Sequence record: PZ295659.1
Length of the DNA: 64,000 bases
From: a phage
Reading direction: 5' to 3' (one strand)
Shown: in pieces, positions 52,535 through 62,552 of the stretch
Numbering within the stretch: position 1 is the stretch's first letter
Layout: each line of letters begins with the position of its first letter
Position numbers and translations under genes: made by a program
The notes under the pieces: generated by a model
The model's database searches: none
Seen by the model: only the letters and a program-made list of their open reading frames with translations
Told to the model about the DNA's origin: nothing

Positions 52535-53713
52535 TTAGAAATATTTTTTGTATGAATTGATTACATTTTGGTCTACATCATTATCAATTTGTGCAACAAG
52601 ATAAGAACTGATTTCAACTTCCTGAGGAGCTGCTTGAACTAAATCAGAGTTCAGATATTCACGAATCCAAGGATAAGGATGTTTGGTCGGAGCATCAGTA
52701 ATTGGACACGGCAAACCACACTGTTTCATACGAGACACAGTCAAGTAATCAACAAAAGCACACATACTCTGTGTATTGATACCTGGACATGTACCGTCTT
52801 TAAAGAGATGTGCAGCCCATTCCTTCTCTTGTCTATTTACTTCCATAAAAATGTCAACTGCTTCTTGTTCACATTCTTTAACAATTTGAACCCACTCATC
52901 ACCATCAGTACCAGATTGAAGTTGACGGATAATGTACTGAGTACCCTTGAGGTGGAGTTGTTCGTCACGAGCAATGAACTTCATAATCTTTGCATTACCT
53001 TCCATAATTTCCATATTTTTATGGAAGTTGAAAGTACATGCAAATGATACGTAAAAACGAATAGCTTCTAAGGCGTTGATAACATGCAAACAGAGATAAA
53101 GAGACTTCATTAAATCACGCTTAGCAGCGGCTTCTTGCTTAATAGCACGTTCTAATTGAAGGTCTGCATTAATTGACGCTTTGGCTAGTTCCGTGAATTC
53201 TTTCTGGTTTTCCCAATGGCGAGTCTTGACTAGAACATCATCGTAATATTTACCTATTGATTCAGCTCGTTTCATGATTGCTTCGTCTAATACAATTTCA
53301 TCAAATACCTTAGATGGATCAGTATAAAGATTTCGCATAATATGAGTATACGAACGAGAGTGAATAGTTTCACTGAATGTCCATGTTGCAACCCACGTAT
53401 CTAATGAAGGGTCAGAAATCAGTGCCATAAGTACCGCAGATGGGGCCCTGCCTTGGATAGAATCTAATAATGATTGATATTTAAGATTGTTTGTAAAGAT
53501 GTCCTGTTGGAACTGAGGAAGCTTATTGAACTGCGCAGAGTCCAACATCAAGTTTACCTCTTCAGGACGCCAGAAAAATGATAATTGCTTTTCGGTTAAA
53601 TCTTCAAAAACTTTATGGCGTTGAATATCATAACGCGCAATACCAAGACCAGAACCAAAGAACATCGGTTCATTCAAAACATCGACTTGTTGTGTGTTAA
53701 AAACTGTACTCAT
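52535..53713 (-). CDS. nrdB: ribonucleotide reductase class Ia beta subunit
   Basis: 392 aa (T4 NrdB 388 aa), continuous with no intron; di-iron/radical site segments including YVSFACTFNFH. Confidence 0.9.
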   Translation of the reverse strand: MSTVFNTQQVDVLNEPMFFGSGLGIARYDIQRHKVFEDLTEKQLSFFWRPEEVNLMLDSAQFNKLPQFQQDIFTNNLKYQSLLDSIQGRAPSAVLMALISDPSLDTWVATWTFSETIHSRSYTHIMRNLYTDPSKVFDEIVLDEAIMKRAESIGKYYDDVLVKTRHWENQKEFTELAKASINADLQLERAIKQEAAAKRDLMKSLYLCLHVINALEAIRFYVSFACTFNFHKNMEIMEGNAKIMKFIARDEQLHLKGTQYIIRQLQSGTDGDEWVQIVKECEQEAVDIFMEVNRQEKEWAAHLFKDGTCPGINTQSMCAFVDYLTVSRMKQCGLPCPITDAPTKHPYPWIREYLNSDLVQAAPQEVEISSYLVAQIDNDVDQNVINSYKKYF

Positions 53714-53766
53714 TATATTTTCTCACTTAGTTTAACTCATCCATGAGTAAATTATAATCAAAAGTC

Positions 53767-56022
53767 TTAAAGCTTACAAGCAGAGCAATCTTCAGCTTTA
53801 GGTGTTTCTAATTCATAGTCATCTGTACCTGACCCATCACGAGTGTTATGATAGTAGAGGTTTTTTCCACCAAAGTACCAGAAGTAAAGCAGATCGTCAA
53901 GCATTACCGACATTGGCACTTTACCTTTCTCAAATACCGCAGGGTCATAATAAGTATTAGCAGAAGCAGATTGGCACACCCATTTCAACATGATAGCAAC
54001 TTGGGTCAAATAAGGTTTATTACCTTTCTTAGCAAGTTTCCACGCGTAGTCGTAAAGACTCATGTTATGTTCGATATTAGGAACAACCTGACGGAAGTTA
54101 CCTTCTTTAGATTCTTTAATACTTACCGGACCACGTGGAGGTTCGATACCGTTTGTAGAGTTTGATACTTGACTGCTTGACTCACAAGGCATGAGTGCAG
54201 ACAACGTCGAGTTACGAATTCCATGTTCTTTGAGTTCAGCTCGAAGTTCTTCCCAGTCACAGACGTAGTTCGGGGCTGCGATTTGGTCAATCTTTTTATT
54301 GTACCAGTCGATAGGTAATTCGCCTCTAGACCATTTAGTATCTGAATAATACTCGCAAGGTCCTTTTTCTTTGGCGAGTTTGATTGAAGCTTTAATAAGG
54401 CCATATTGCAATCTCTCGAACAATTCATGAGTCAAATCGTTAGCGTCTTCATATGAAGCAAAGTTAGAAGCTAACCATGCAGCATAGTTCGTCACACCGA
54501 CACCGAGATTTCGACGCTTTTTAGCTTTTAAAGCTTCTGGAACCGGATAATCTTGATAGTCTAACAGGTTATCAAGTGCACGTACTTGTACTTCAGCAAG
54601 TTCATTAATTTTATCTTGGTCTTGCCAATCAAATTTATCTAATACAAAAGCAGATAATGTGCATAAACCAATTTCAGCATCAGGACCATTCACATCATTA
54701 GTTGGAATAGCGATTTCACAACATAAGTTACTCTGACGAATTGGAGCTTTTTCACGAATAAACGGAGTGTAGTTATTCGTGTTATCAACAAACTGTGGAT
54801 AAATTCGAGCAGTGCCAGAACGTTCAGTCATGAACAATTCAAAGAGTTCTAGTGCTTTGATTCTTTTCTTTCTGATTGTTGGGTCTTTTTCAGCTTTCTC
54901 ATAAAGCTCACGGAATTTATCTTGATCTTCAAAGAACGAGTAGTATAGTTCGCCTGACATTTCGTGAGGGCTAAATAAAGTAATATAATCATTTTTACCA
55001 AGGCGTTCCATCATGAGGTCATTAATCTGAATTCCGTAGTCCATATGTCGAATACGGTTTTCATCCACGCCTTTGTTATTTTTCAGAACTAATAGGTTCT
55101 CTACTTCTAAGTGCCACATCGGATAATACGCTGTAGCAGCACCACCACGAATACCACCTTGAGAACAAGATTTTACTGCAGTTTGGAAATGTTTCCAGAA
55201 TGGAATAACACCAGTATGTCGAACTTCACCCATACCGATCTTAGAACCTTCTGCACGAAGCATACCAACGTTGATACCGATACCAGCTCGTTTAGAAATA
55301 TATTCAATAATTGATGCTGAAGTTTTGTTAATAGATTTTAACGAATCACCGGCTTCAATAACTACACAACTAGAGAACTGGCGAGTCGGAGTACGAGCAC
55401 CTGCCATAATTGGGGTTGGCAATGAAACTTGATGAGTAGAAACGGCATCATAAAAACGAATAATATGTTTCAAACGGTCATGAGTTTCGTCTTGATGTAA
55501 GGCCATACCGATAGCCATGATAGCAAACTGTGGAGTTTCATAAATCTTACCAGTTGTTTTATCTTTAACCAGGTATTTTTCTTTAAGCTGCATAGCACCA
55601 GCATAAGTCAGATCAAAATCTCGCTCATGTTTAATCCGAGAATCAAGATAAATGATTTCTTCTGCAGAATATCTAGACAACAACTCAGGATCATATTTGC
55701 CTTCATTAACACAATAAGAAATATGGTCGATAAAAGCAGGCGGTTCAAACTGCCCATATACATCTTTACGAAGTGCAAACATTAGCCCTTTGGCGGCGAC
55801 ATACTGATAATCAGGTTCTTCGACAGAAATCGAGTTAGCTGCAACTTTAATACAAATCTTCTGAATATCTTTGGTGCTCATCCCATCGACAAGATGGGTC
55901 TTAATTTCTTCGTATAATTCATATGGGTCAATTTGTGTTCCTTCACATTGCCAAGTTAAAACTTGAATAATTTTCTGTGCATCAAAATTTTGGGATACAC
56001 CACTGCTCTTAGTTACTTGCAT
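53767..56022 (-). CDS. nrdA: ribonucleotide reductase class Ia alpha subunit
   Basis: 751 aa (T4 NrdA 754 aa); ATP-cone N-terminus; active-site region SNLCCEI; C-terminal CxxC tail (CSACKL). Confidence 0.95.
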   Translation of the reverse strand: MQVTKSSGVSQNFDAQKIIQVLTWQCEGTQIDPYELYEEIKTHLVDGMSTKDIQKICIKVAANSISVEEPDYQYVAAKGLMFALRKDVYGQFEPPAFIDHISYCVNEGKYDPELLSRYSAEEIIYLDSRIKHERDFDLTYAGAMQLKEKYLVKDKTTGKIYETPQFAIMAIGMALHQDETHDRLKHIIRFYDAVSTHQVSLPTPIMAGARTPTRQFSSCVVIEAGDSLKSINKTSASIIEYISKRAGIGINVGMLRAEGSKIGMGEVRHTGVIPFWKHFQTAVKSCSQGGIRGGAATAYYPMWHLEVENLLVLKNNKGVDENRIRHMDYGIQINDLMMERLGKNDYITLFSPHEMSGELYYSFFEDQDKFRELYEKAEKDPTIRKKRIKALELFELFMTERSGTARIYPQFVDNTNNYTPFIREKAPIRQSNLCCEIAIPTNDVNGPDAEIGLCTLSAFVLDKFDWQDQDKINELAEVQVRALDNLLDYQDYPVPEALKAKKRRNLGVGVTNYAAWLASNFASYEDANDLTHELFERLQYGLIKASIKLAKEKGPCEYYSDTKWSRGELPIDWYNKKIDQIAAPNYVCDWEELRAELKEHGIRNSTLSALMPCESSSQVSNSTNGIEPPRGPVSIKESKEGNFRQVVPNIEHNMSLYDYAWKLAKKGNKPYLTQVAIMLKWVCQSASANTYYDPAVFEKGKVPMSVMLDDLLYFWYFGGKNLYYHNTRDGSGTDDYELETPKAEDCSACKL

Positions 56023-56109
56023 ATAGTCCTCAGTATAGGTTGATAGACATTACTCCAAACGGGATAGTATTTATCCCGTTAATTTATTATAAACTTTTAA
56101 ACTGAAGCG

Positions 56110-56364
56110 TTAATTATCTTCAGCAATAATTTCTTCGTATTCTTTAGGTGTCAAGACTGTGATATCGAAATAAACCAACGGTTCTTTTTCTATACCGTAA
56201 CCACCACAAAATTCACGATAGTCATAAATTCGTTCATGTGAATAGCAAATGAATCGTTCACCTTTAACTGTGATTTCACTATTCGGTGAAGGGATATCCA
56301 GTTCGGTAGGATTTTTCATTTCAAAAATTGTGGTGCCGTATGAATTAATAAAACGTAAAATCAT
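56110..56364 (-). CDS. hypothetical protein (84 aa)
   Basis: ORF between td and nrdA, coupled to the td stop. Confidence 0.45.
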   Translation of the reverse strand: MILRFINSYGTTIFEMKNPTELDIPSPNSEITVKGERFICYSHERIYDYREFCGGYGIEKEPLVYFDITVLTPKEYEEIIAEDN

Positions 56365-56365
56365 T

Positions 56366-57226
56366 TTATACCGCCATTTTAGCTTTGATAGCTGGATGTG
56401 ATTCGTAATTTTTAAGAACGAAATCAGAATATGTCATCGTTCCAGTAACCCAGTCCATTTGGATTTTTGTAGGCCAATTCTCAAAATTACTAGGCCAATT
56501 AATTTCAAGAGAACATAACTCTTTAGGTTCACGACGAAGAACTTCTTTGCATTGTTCTACATGATTGCTGTAGATATGCGTGTTGCCGCCTGAGAACACT
56601 AAATCACCTGGGATAAGGTTACACATCTTCGCTACAATATGCGTCAAGGCAGCGTACGAGGCAATGTTGAACGGCAGGCCTAAGAAAACATCTACACTGC
56701 GTTGGTACCATTGTAAATCAAGATGTCCATTACGCACATTAAATTGATAGAACATATGACAAGGAGGAAGAGCCATTTGGTCAATTTCGGCCGGGTTCCA
56801 TGCAGAAACTATTTGACGACGATCATTAGGAAGAGCTTTAATACGGTCGATAGTTTTGACCAATTGGTCTACACCGCCGAAATCACGCCATTGCTTACCA
56901 TAAATAGGACCAAGTTCGCCACTATGATATCCAAGGTCTTTTGCCTGATTTTCATAGTTATCGTCCCAAATAGTTTTACCTTGAATAAGACTACCATGAG
57001 TACGAATACGCAAATCATTAACATTGGTAGAACCAGACATGAACCACAGCAACTCGGCAATACAAGCTTTCCATGCAAGCTTCTTGGTTGTTACTGCAGG
57101 AAATCCTTTAGTAAGGTCCCATCTCAATTTAGTTCCGAATAGAGCAATAGTGCCGGTACCTGTACGGTCGTCTGTTTCATAGCCATTTTCTAAGATAACT
57201 TTAATCAAATCTTGATATTGTTTCAT
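56366..57226 (-). CDS. td: thymidylate synthase
   Basis: 286 aa, same as T4 Td, continuous (no intron); catalytic region ALPPCHMFYQFNV and DLQWYQRSVD. Confidence 0.95.
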   Translation of the reverse strand: MKQYQDLIKVILENGYETDDRTGTGTIALFGTKLRWDLTKGFPAVTTKKLAWKACIAELLWFMSGSTNVNDLRIRTHGSLIQGKTIWDDNYENQAKDLGYHSGELGPIYGKQWRDFGGVDQLVKTIDRIKALPNDRRQIVSAWNPAEIDQMALPPCHMFYQFNVRNGHLDLQWYQRSVDVFLGLPFNIASYAALTHIVAKMCNLIPGDLVFSGGNTHIYSNHVEQCKEVLRREPKELCSLEINWPSNFENWPTKIQMDWVTGTMTYSDFVLKNYESHPAIKAKMAV

Positions 57227-57241
57227 TTAGCACCTATATAA

Positions 57242-58424
<1,183 letters not shown>

Positions 58425-58448
58425 TTTATTCTCCTTCACTTTTATTTG

Positions 58449-58472
58449 ATAGGGCTACTATAACATAGCCCT
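58449..58472 (-). terminator. UAGGGCUA-loop-UAGCCCUA hairpin
   Basis: Perfect 8-bp stem after the stop of ORF 58486-58878. Confidence 0.4.
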
Positions 58473-58485
58473 ATTATGTTTTACA

Positions 58486-58878
58486 CTACTTTTTAAAAGT
58501 TTTTTGCAAAAGTTTGATGATTTCGTCGACGTTGGTTTCATCTACGATACAATGGATTTTTGTTACACCTAAAGTTATACCTTCGTTAGTAGGTTGAGGC
58601 TTTACTAAATCTACCTCAATAAAGTATTTGAACTCGTCAGGATAAATCTCAAAATAAGTTTCAATTTCACCACCGGCCGAACATACAGTACCGTCTTCCA
58701 TAGTTACACTTACTACGTTTGACGTATCGCTATCATAATCAGGTTCCATTCCGTTTACAACAAAACTAGGCCCATGGAGTTCAATCAATTTTAACATCTT
58801 AGCGTTATTGTGTGGTGCTTCTTGAACAAAGTCGTCTTTAAATAAAGGGTTGATGATATAAGATTTTCCGATTTCCAT
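58486..58878 (-). CDS. hypothetical protein (130 aa)
   Basis: Start moved to the internal ATG with GAGGAAA RBS, which removes an 89-nt overlap with the upstream ORF. Confidence 0.45.
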   Translation of the reverse strand: MEIGKSYIINPLFKDDFVQEAPHNNAKMLKLIELHGPSFVVNGMEPDYDSDTSNVVSVTMEDGTVCSAGGEIETYFEIYPDEFKYFIEVDLVKPQPTNEGITLGVTKIHCIVDETNVDEIIKLLQKTFKK

Positions 58879-58888
58879 TTTGATTTCC

Positions 58889-59140
58889 TCATTTGTTGAT
58901 GTGTTGTAATAAAGATTCTGCAAACATCTCATATGATTCCAGGTGTTCTTCTTTAATGCGAACTGCATGATTATCACCCGAAGAATAGAACATCTGTACG
59001 ATAAGAGCTTCGTAATCAGACGAAATACATGCTACGTTTTCCGGCTTCAGGCATTCATTGTATGTCGCAACCGGGTCAGTGAAAGCTGCAACGTTTTTGC
59101 TACCGCAGTAATCCATACTTCTTTGAATAATAAAAATCAT
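58889..59140 (-). CDS. hypothetical protein (83 aa)
   Basis: First ORF downstream of the gp32 terminator with its own early promoter and GAGAGGAAAA RBS. Confidence 0.45.
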   Translation of the reverse strand: MIFIIQRSMDYCGSKNVAAFTDPVATYNECLKPENVACISSDYEALIVQMFYSSGDNHAVRIKEEHLESYEMFAESLLQHINK

Positions 59141-59170
59141 TTTATTTTCCTCTCATTTGTTGATAAGTCT

Positions 59171-59199
59171 ATAGTATCATGTTTAAAGGAAAAGTAAAC
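59171..59199 (-). promoter_or_regulatory. early promoter (GTTTAC-N17-TACTAT)
   Basis: Minus strand reads GTTTACTTTTCCTTTAAACATGATACTAT; shares the 20-nt block TTGATAAGTCTATAGTATCA with the promoter at 21692-21721. Confidence 0.55.
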
Positions 59200-59230
59200 A
59201 ACTTTTTTGGCAATTTACAGATACTCAAAA

Positions 59231-59248
59231 GGGAGACCGAAGTCTCCC
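59231..59248 (-). terminator. gene 32 terminator hairpin GGGAGAC-UUCG-GUCUCCC
   Basis: Fourth copy of the identical 18-mer, 7 nt after the gp32 stop, followed by UUUUGAG on the minus strand. Confidence 0.7.
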
Positions 59249-59254
59249 AATTTA

Positions 59255-60154
59255 TTATAGACCAGCTAACAGGTCATCGAGGTCGCCATCGTCAGAAGAC
59301 GAGGAACTCATGAAGTCATCTTCAGTTTTTGCAGAACTAAAGGCTTCCATGTCTTTATCAAAATCGTCAAGGTCAGAAGCAACTTTATCTGCAACAGAAG
59401 CTGCGGCAGCTGCTGCACCGCCCAGAGCGGCAGTACCAAGAACTTGTTTAAATTTAGTATTCAATTCTTCAAACGATTTGAACTTATCTTTAGAAGTCAT
59501 TTCAGAAAGGTCAACCATTTGTTCGAACAATTCTTTCTGGAAAGATTCATCATCAATGTTTGGAATCGCAGATTGATTCAGGAATTTAGATTCGTCGTAA
59601 TTACTGAAACCAGAAACCTGTTTAACTTTCAGCACAAAGTTAGCACCTTCCCATGGGCAAGTTACATCAACAGGAGTTTCACCCATTTCAGTATCGACTG
59701 CAATCATTGCATTGATTTTGTCCCAAATCTTTTTACCAAAACGGTATTTGAATACTTTACCTTCATTATCTGGAGCTTGTGGGTCTTTAACAACCAGGAT
59801 ATTAGCCCAATAAGAAGTTTTACGTTTCAGTTGAGAATATTCTGTTTTGTTTGTATTGTACAGATCATTTTTACTAATGTACTGACATACTGGACAAGAG
59901 TCATAATCGCCGTGTGTAGATGAACAGGTTTCAATATACCATTTGCCGTTTTTCTTGAACCCGTGGTTAACAAGAATTGCAAACGGAAGTGCGTCATCTG
60001 TTTTTGCCGGCAGGAAACGAATTACCGCTTGACCATTACCGGATGCATCGAGTTTCAGCTTCCATTCACCTTTATCTTCTGAAGAGAAACCTTTGTTACC
60101 ATTCAGTTTAGCCATCTGAGCTGCGAGGTCTGCGGTACTTTTACGTTTAAACAT
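59255..60154 (-). CDS. 32: single-stranded DNA-binding protein gp32
   Basis: 299 aa (T4 gp32 301 aa); near-identical to recalled T4 gp32 including the zinc-binding region [11 protein letters not shown] and the acidic S/D-rich C-terminus. Confidence 0.95.
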   Translation of the reverse strand: MFKRKSTADLAAQMAKLNGNKGFSSEDKGEWKLKLDASGNGQAVIRFLPAKTDDALPFAILVNHGFKKNGKWYIETCSSTHGDYDSCPVCQYISKNDLYNTNKTEYSQLKRKTSYWANILVVKDPQAPDNEGKVFKYRFGKKIWDKINAMIAVDTEMGETPVDVTCPWEGANFVLKVKQVSGFSNYDESKFLNQSAIPNIDDESFQKELFEQMVDLSEMTSKDKFKSFEELNTKFKQVLGTAALGGAAAAAASVADKVASDLDDFDKDMEAFSSAKTEDDFMSSSSSDDGDLDDLLAGL

Positions 60155-60271
60155 TTTATTTGCCTTTATTTAGATTATTAATTAAATTTTACAGTTGGTT
60201 GCTACGACACTTATACCTCGTAGCTGGTATGATTTATTTATAAAGTAATTTTAACACACAAGAAATAAAGC
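60155..60271 (-). promoter_or_regulatory. gene 32 leader: A/U-rich translational operator with upstream hairpin and late promoter
   Basis: A/U-rich stretch AAAUUUAAUUAAUAAUCUAAAUAAAGGCAAAUAAA before the AUG; CUACGA/UCGUAG hairpin upstream; TATAAATA on the minus strand at 60235-60242. Confidence 0.45.
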
Positions 60272-60925
60272 TTAATACTTACATGATTTGATTGTTTCTA
60301 TGAACAATTTCTTAGCAGCATTTCCATCGATTTGAAGTATTTTTCGATATGCCTTTAATTTGGTAGAATAATTTTGCCAGACTAAGTTATCGGTGAGTTC
60401 GTCGTGCTTATCTATAATATTCAAAAATGAGTCCAACAATAAGAAAGTCTCAAATGAAATTATATTGCTTTGTAGCAATTTGAATATGTAGCTCGACTGA
60501 ACTTTGTTATTATAATCAAATATCTCTTGAAGCGCACTAACTTCAACTTTCTTACTGAAATAGTAGATGTTACGTACGTCTTCAGCAAACGTCTCTTTAG
60601 CTTGTTTGAGACGTCCAATATATTCCCTATAGAAAACTAATGCATCAGCGTCTGATATCTCACCAATCCATGCATCTTGGTTAGCAACTAAGTTGCTTAT
60701 GAATATCAAGGTGAGTTCCTTCAATTTATATTTCTCTGCTAGTTTTTCAAAGAAATATTTATCTCGGCGTTTTTGATACGCGTTATCAGAAACACGCATG
60801 CACCAGTTATATTTGATTACGTCATACCGACCACCAAAATGGTTTTTGCACATCAAGTATAGTTTATATACCGATTTTCCATTAATATAACGTTCTCCAT
60901 CAGGAGGCATGCGTATTTTAATCAT
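60272..60925 (-). CDS. 59: helicase loader gp59
   Basis: 217 aa, same as T4 gp59; synteny 33-59-32. Confidence 0.85.
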   Translation of the reverse strand: MIKIRMPPDGERYINGKSVYKLYLMCKNHFGGRYDVIKYNWCMRVSDNAYQKRRDKYFFEKLAEKYKLKELTLIFISNLVANQDAWIGEISDADALVFYREYIGRLKQAKETFAEDVRNIYYFSKKVEVSALQEIFDYNNKVQSSYIFKLLQSNIISFETFLLLDSFLNIIDKHDELTDNLVWQNYSTKLKAYRKILQIDGNAAKKLFIETIKSCKY

Positions 60926-61260
60926 AATAAGAAATCTAATGTATTAGTTTTTTCACCACGAGCAACTGATGGGCGAAGCATGTTTTCGTCAATTGCTTCG
61001 CTTGTAATTTTTTCGACAATTCCTGTAGGAATAAATTTAGCAAATTGTGTTTCTGGAATAGAATTTTCTTCCAAGAAAGCAGTTGTTGCTTCTAAATAAG
61101 ACATACCAAATTGTTCAACCATGGATTCGATAATGAATCCGTTTTCTTGTCTGTCAAGCAATTTAGCGATATCATCTTTATCGTGTTTTACTGCTAATTC
61201 TTGTTCAGATAAACCGGCCTCATCAACCGGCTTAATATCACTTAGTGAAAACTGTGTCAT
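60922..61260 (-). CDS. 33: late transcription co-activator gp33
   Basis: 112 aa, same as T4 gp33; acidic protein; synteny. Confidence 0.8.
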   Translation of the reverse strand: MTQFSLSDIKPVDEAGLSEQELAVKHDKDDIAKLLDRQENGFIIESMVEQFGMSYLEATTAFLEENSIPETQFAKFIPTGIVEKITSEAIDENMLRPSVARGEKTNTLDFLL

Positions 61261-61525
61261 AAAGCTCGACTACCTCTTCGTTTTCAGCTTCAAATTGGTC
61301 ACGAGCATCTTTATGATAAAGAGCTAACAAACGATTAAACATTTTTCCATCAACGCCAAGCTCTTCTTTAGCACGAGTACGAATGTCTTTAATCAGTTCA
61401 TTATAACCAGAAATTTTAAGTTTGTTATCGGAAGCTTCCTTGACTAGTTTAGCCAGTTCTTCACCATGCACATCTTGATTAAATTCAACTGCTTCTTTCT
61501 TAGCCATGTTTACCTCAGAATTCAT
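61238..61525 (-). CDS. dsbA: double-stranded DNA-binding protein DsbA
   Basis: 95 aa (T4 DsbA 89 aa); position between rnh and gene 33. Confidence 0.7.
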   Translation of the reverse strand: MNSEVNMAKKEAVEFNQDVHGEELAKLVKEASDNKLKISGYNELIKDIRTRAKEELGVDGKMFNRLLALYHKDARDQFEAENEEVVELYDTVFTK

Positions 61526-62432
61526 TAATTACACTTGTTAATTTAGAAAGACCGGATTTTACAAAGTATGAATAAATCTTGCCTTTAGGTTGTTGTTTAT
61601 ATGAGTTATAATACTCTATAATGGTTGAAGCAATATTATCAGGGATATAATCAAAATCAATGAGAACCAAATTTTCTTGATACCGTTTATATTCTTCTGC
61701 ACTTAATAATACTTCAGCTTGAGAACGGTCATTGGCAATTGCTTCAATAATCGTTGTTTTCATGCTTGGAGTTCGTTCGCCTTCAACTCGAGTAAACCAG
61801 AAATCACCACGAACTCGAACAGACGCAACACCGTCTTTACGGTCGCCTTTAAGAATTTTAGTCATGCAATCAATTTCGGCAGAACCATTCTTAATTTTAA
61901 CCCATTTTTTCTGCGGTGGCGACCACTGTTTAACGTTAGGATATTTGTGTAATTGTGTAAAGTCACCATCCGATGCAACAATACATACCTTATGTCCAGC
62001 TAATGACAAATATTTAGTTAATACACCGATATGGTCATCCGCTTCATACTTGTCAATATCCATTACAACGTATGGCATGTATTTCTTAATCTCATCAACA
62101 ACTTGACGGAGCGCAGTAAAATATCCTTCCCAATCCCACTTTGAAGCTTCACGATCGGTTTTACGATTTTTCTTGTAATAGTAAGCAAAGTCACGACGCC
62201 AATAACCTGAAGTAGCATTATCCATACACAATACAAATTTTGTATAGCCTTGCTTACGGAACATCACTACGTTTTTACGAATTGAATTCAAGATTACATG
62301 GCGAACCATCGGAACGGTAATTTTATCACCATCTTCAAAGTTGTTTAATGCAGCTGCCAATGCAATGTTACTAAAGTCTGCAAGCGCAATACCTTCTTTG
62401 TAATCTTCATCCAACATCATTTCTAAATCCAT
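61515..62432 (-). CDS. rnh: RNase H (5'-3' exonuclease, FEN family)
   Basis: 305 aa, same as T4 RNase H; acidic-residue clusters of the FEN-type nuclease fold. Confidence 0.9.
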   Translation of the reverse strand: MDLEMMLDEDYKEGIALADFSNIALAAALNNFEDGDKITVPMVRHVILNSIRKNVVMFRKQGYTKFVLCMDNATSGYWRRDFAYYYKKNRKTDREASKWDWEGYFTALRQVVDEIKKYMPYVVMDIDKYEADDHIGVLTKYLSLAGHKVCIVASDGDFTQLHKYPNVKQWSPPQKKWVKIKNGSAEIDCMTKILKGDRKDGVASVRVRGDFWFTRVEGERTPSMKTTIIEAIANDRSQAEVLLSAEEYKRYQENLVLIDFDYIPDNIASTIIEYYNSYKQQPKGKIYSYFVKSGLSKLTSVINEF

Positions 62433-62465
62433 ATGAACCTCTTGTTCAGTTAGTCAACTTAGACC

Positions 62466-62495
62466 ATAGTAACATACTAGTTCGAAAGCGTAAAT
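62466..62495 (-). promoter_or_regulatory. early promoter (ATTTAC-N18-TACTAT) for rnh
   Basis: Minus strand reads ATTTACGCTTTCGAACTAGTATGTTACTAT. Confidence 0.45.
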
Positions 62496-62510
62496 AGTCT
62501 TTTACTCATT

Positions 62511-62518
62511 TATAAATA
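62511..62518 (+). promoter_or_regulatory. late promoter TATAAATA for gene 34
   Basis: Exact TATAAATA 35 nt upstream of the gp34 ATG; AAGAGGA RBS. Confidence 0.6.
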
Positions 62519-62552
62519 GTAAAATAGAACACATAATGATAAGAGGACTACC

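Noticed and set aside
56023-56109. Middle promoter for nrdA
   Set aside because: The MotA-like box reads CGCTTCA rather than TGCTT; left uncalled. A strong 9-bp hairpin (AACGGGATA/TATCCCGTT) in the leader was noted.
56366-57226. Group I intron or homing endonuclease in td or nrdB
   Set aside because: Both genes are single uninterrupted ORFs of canonical length with no intervening non-coding block.
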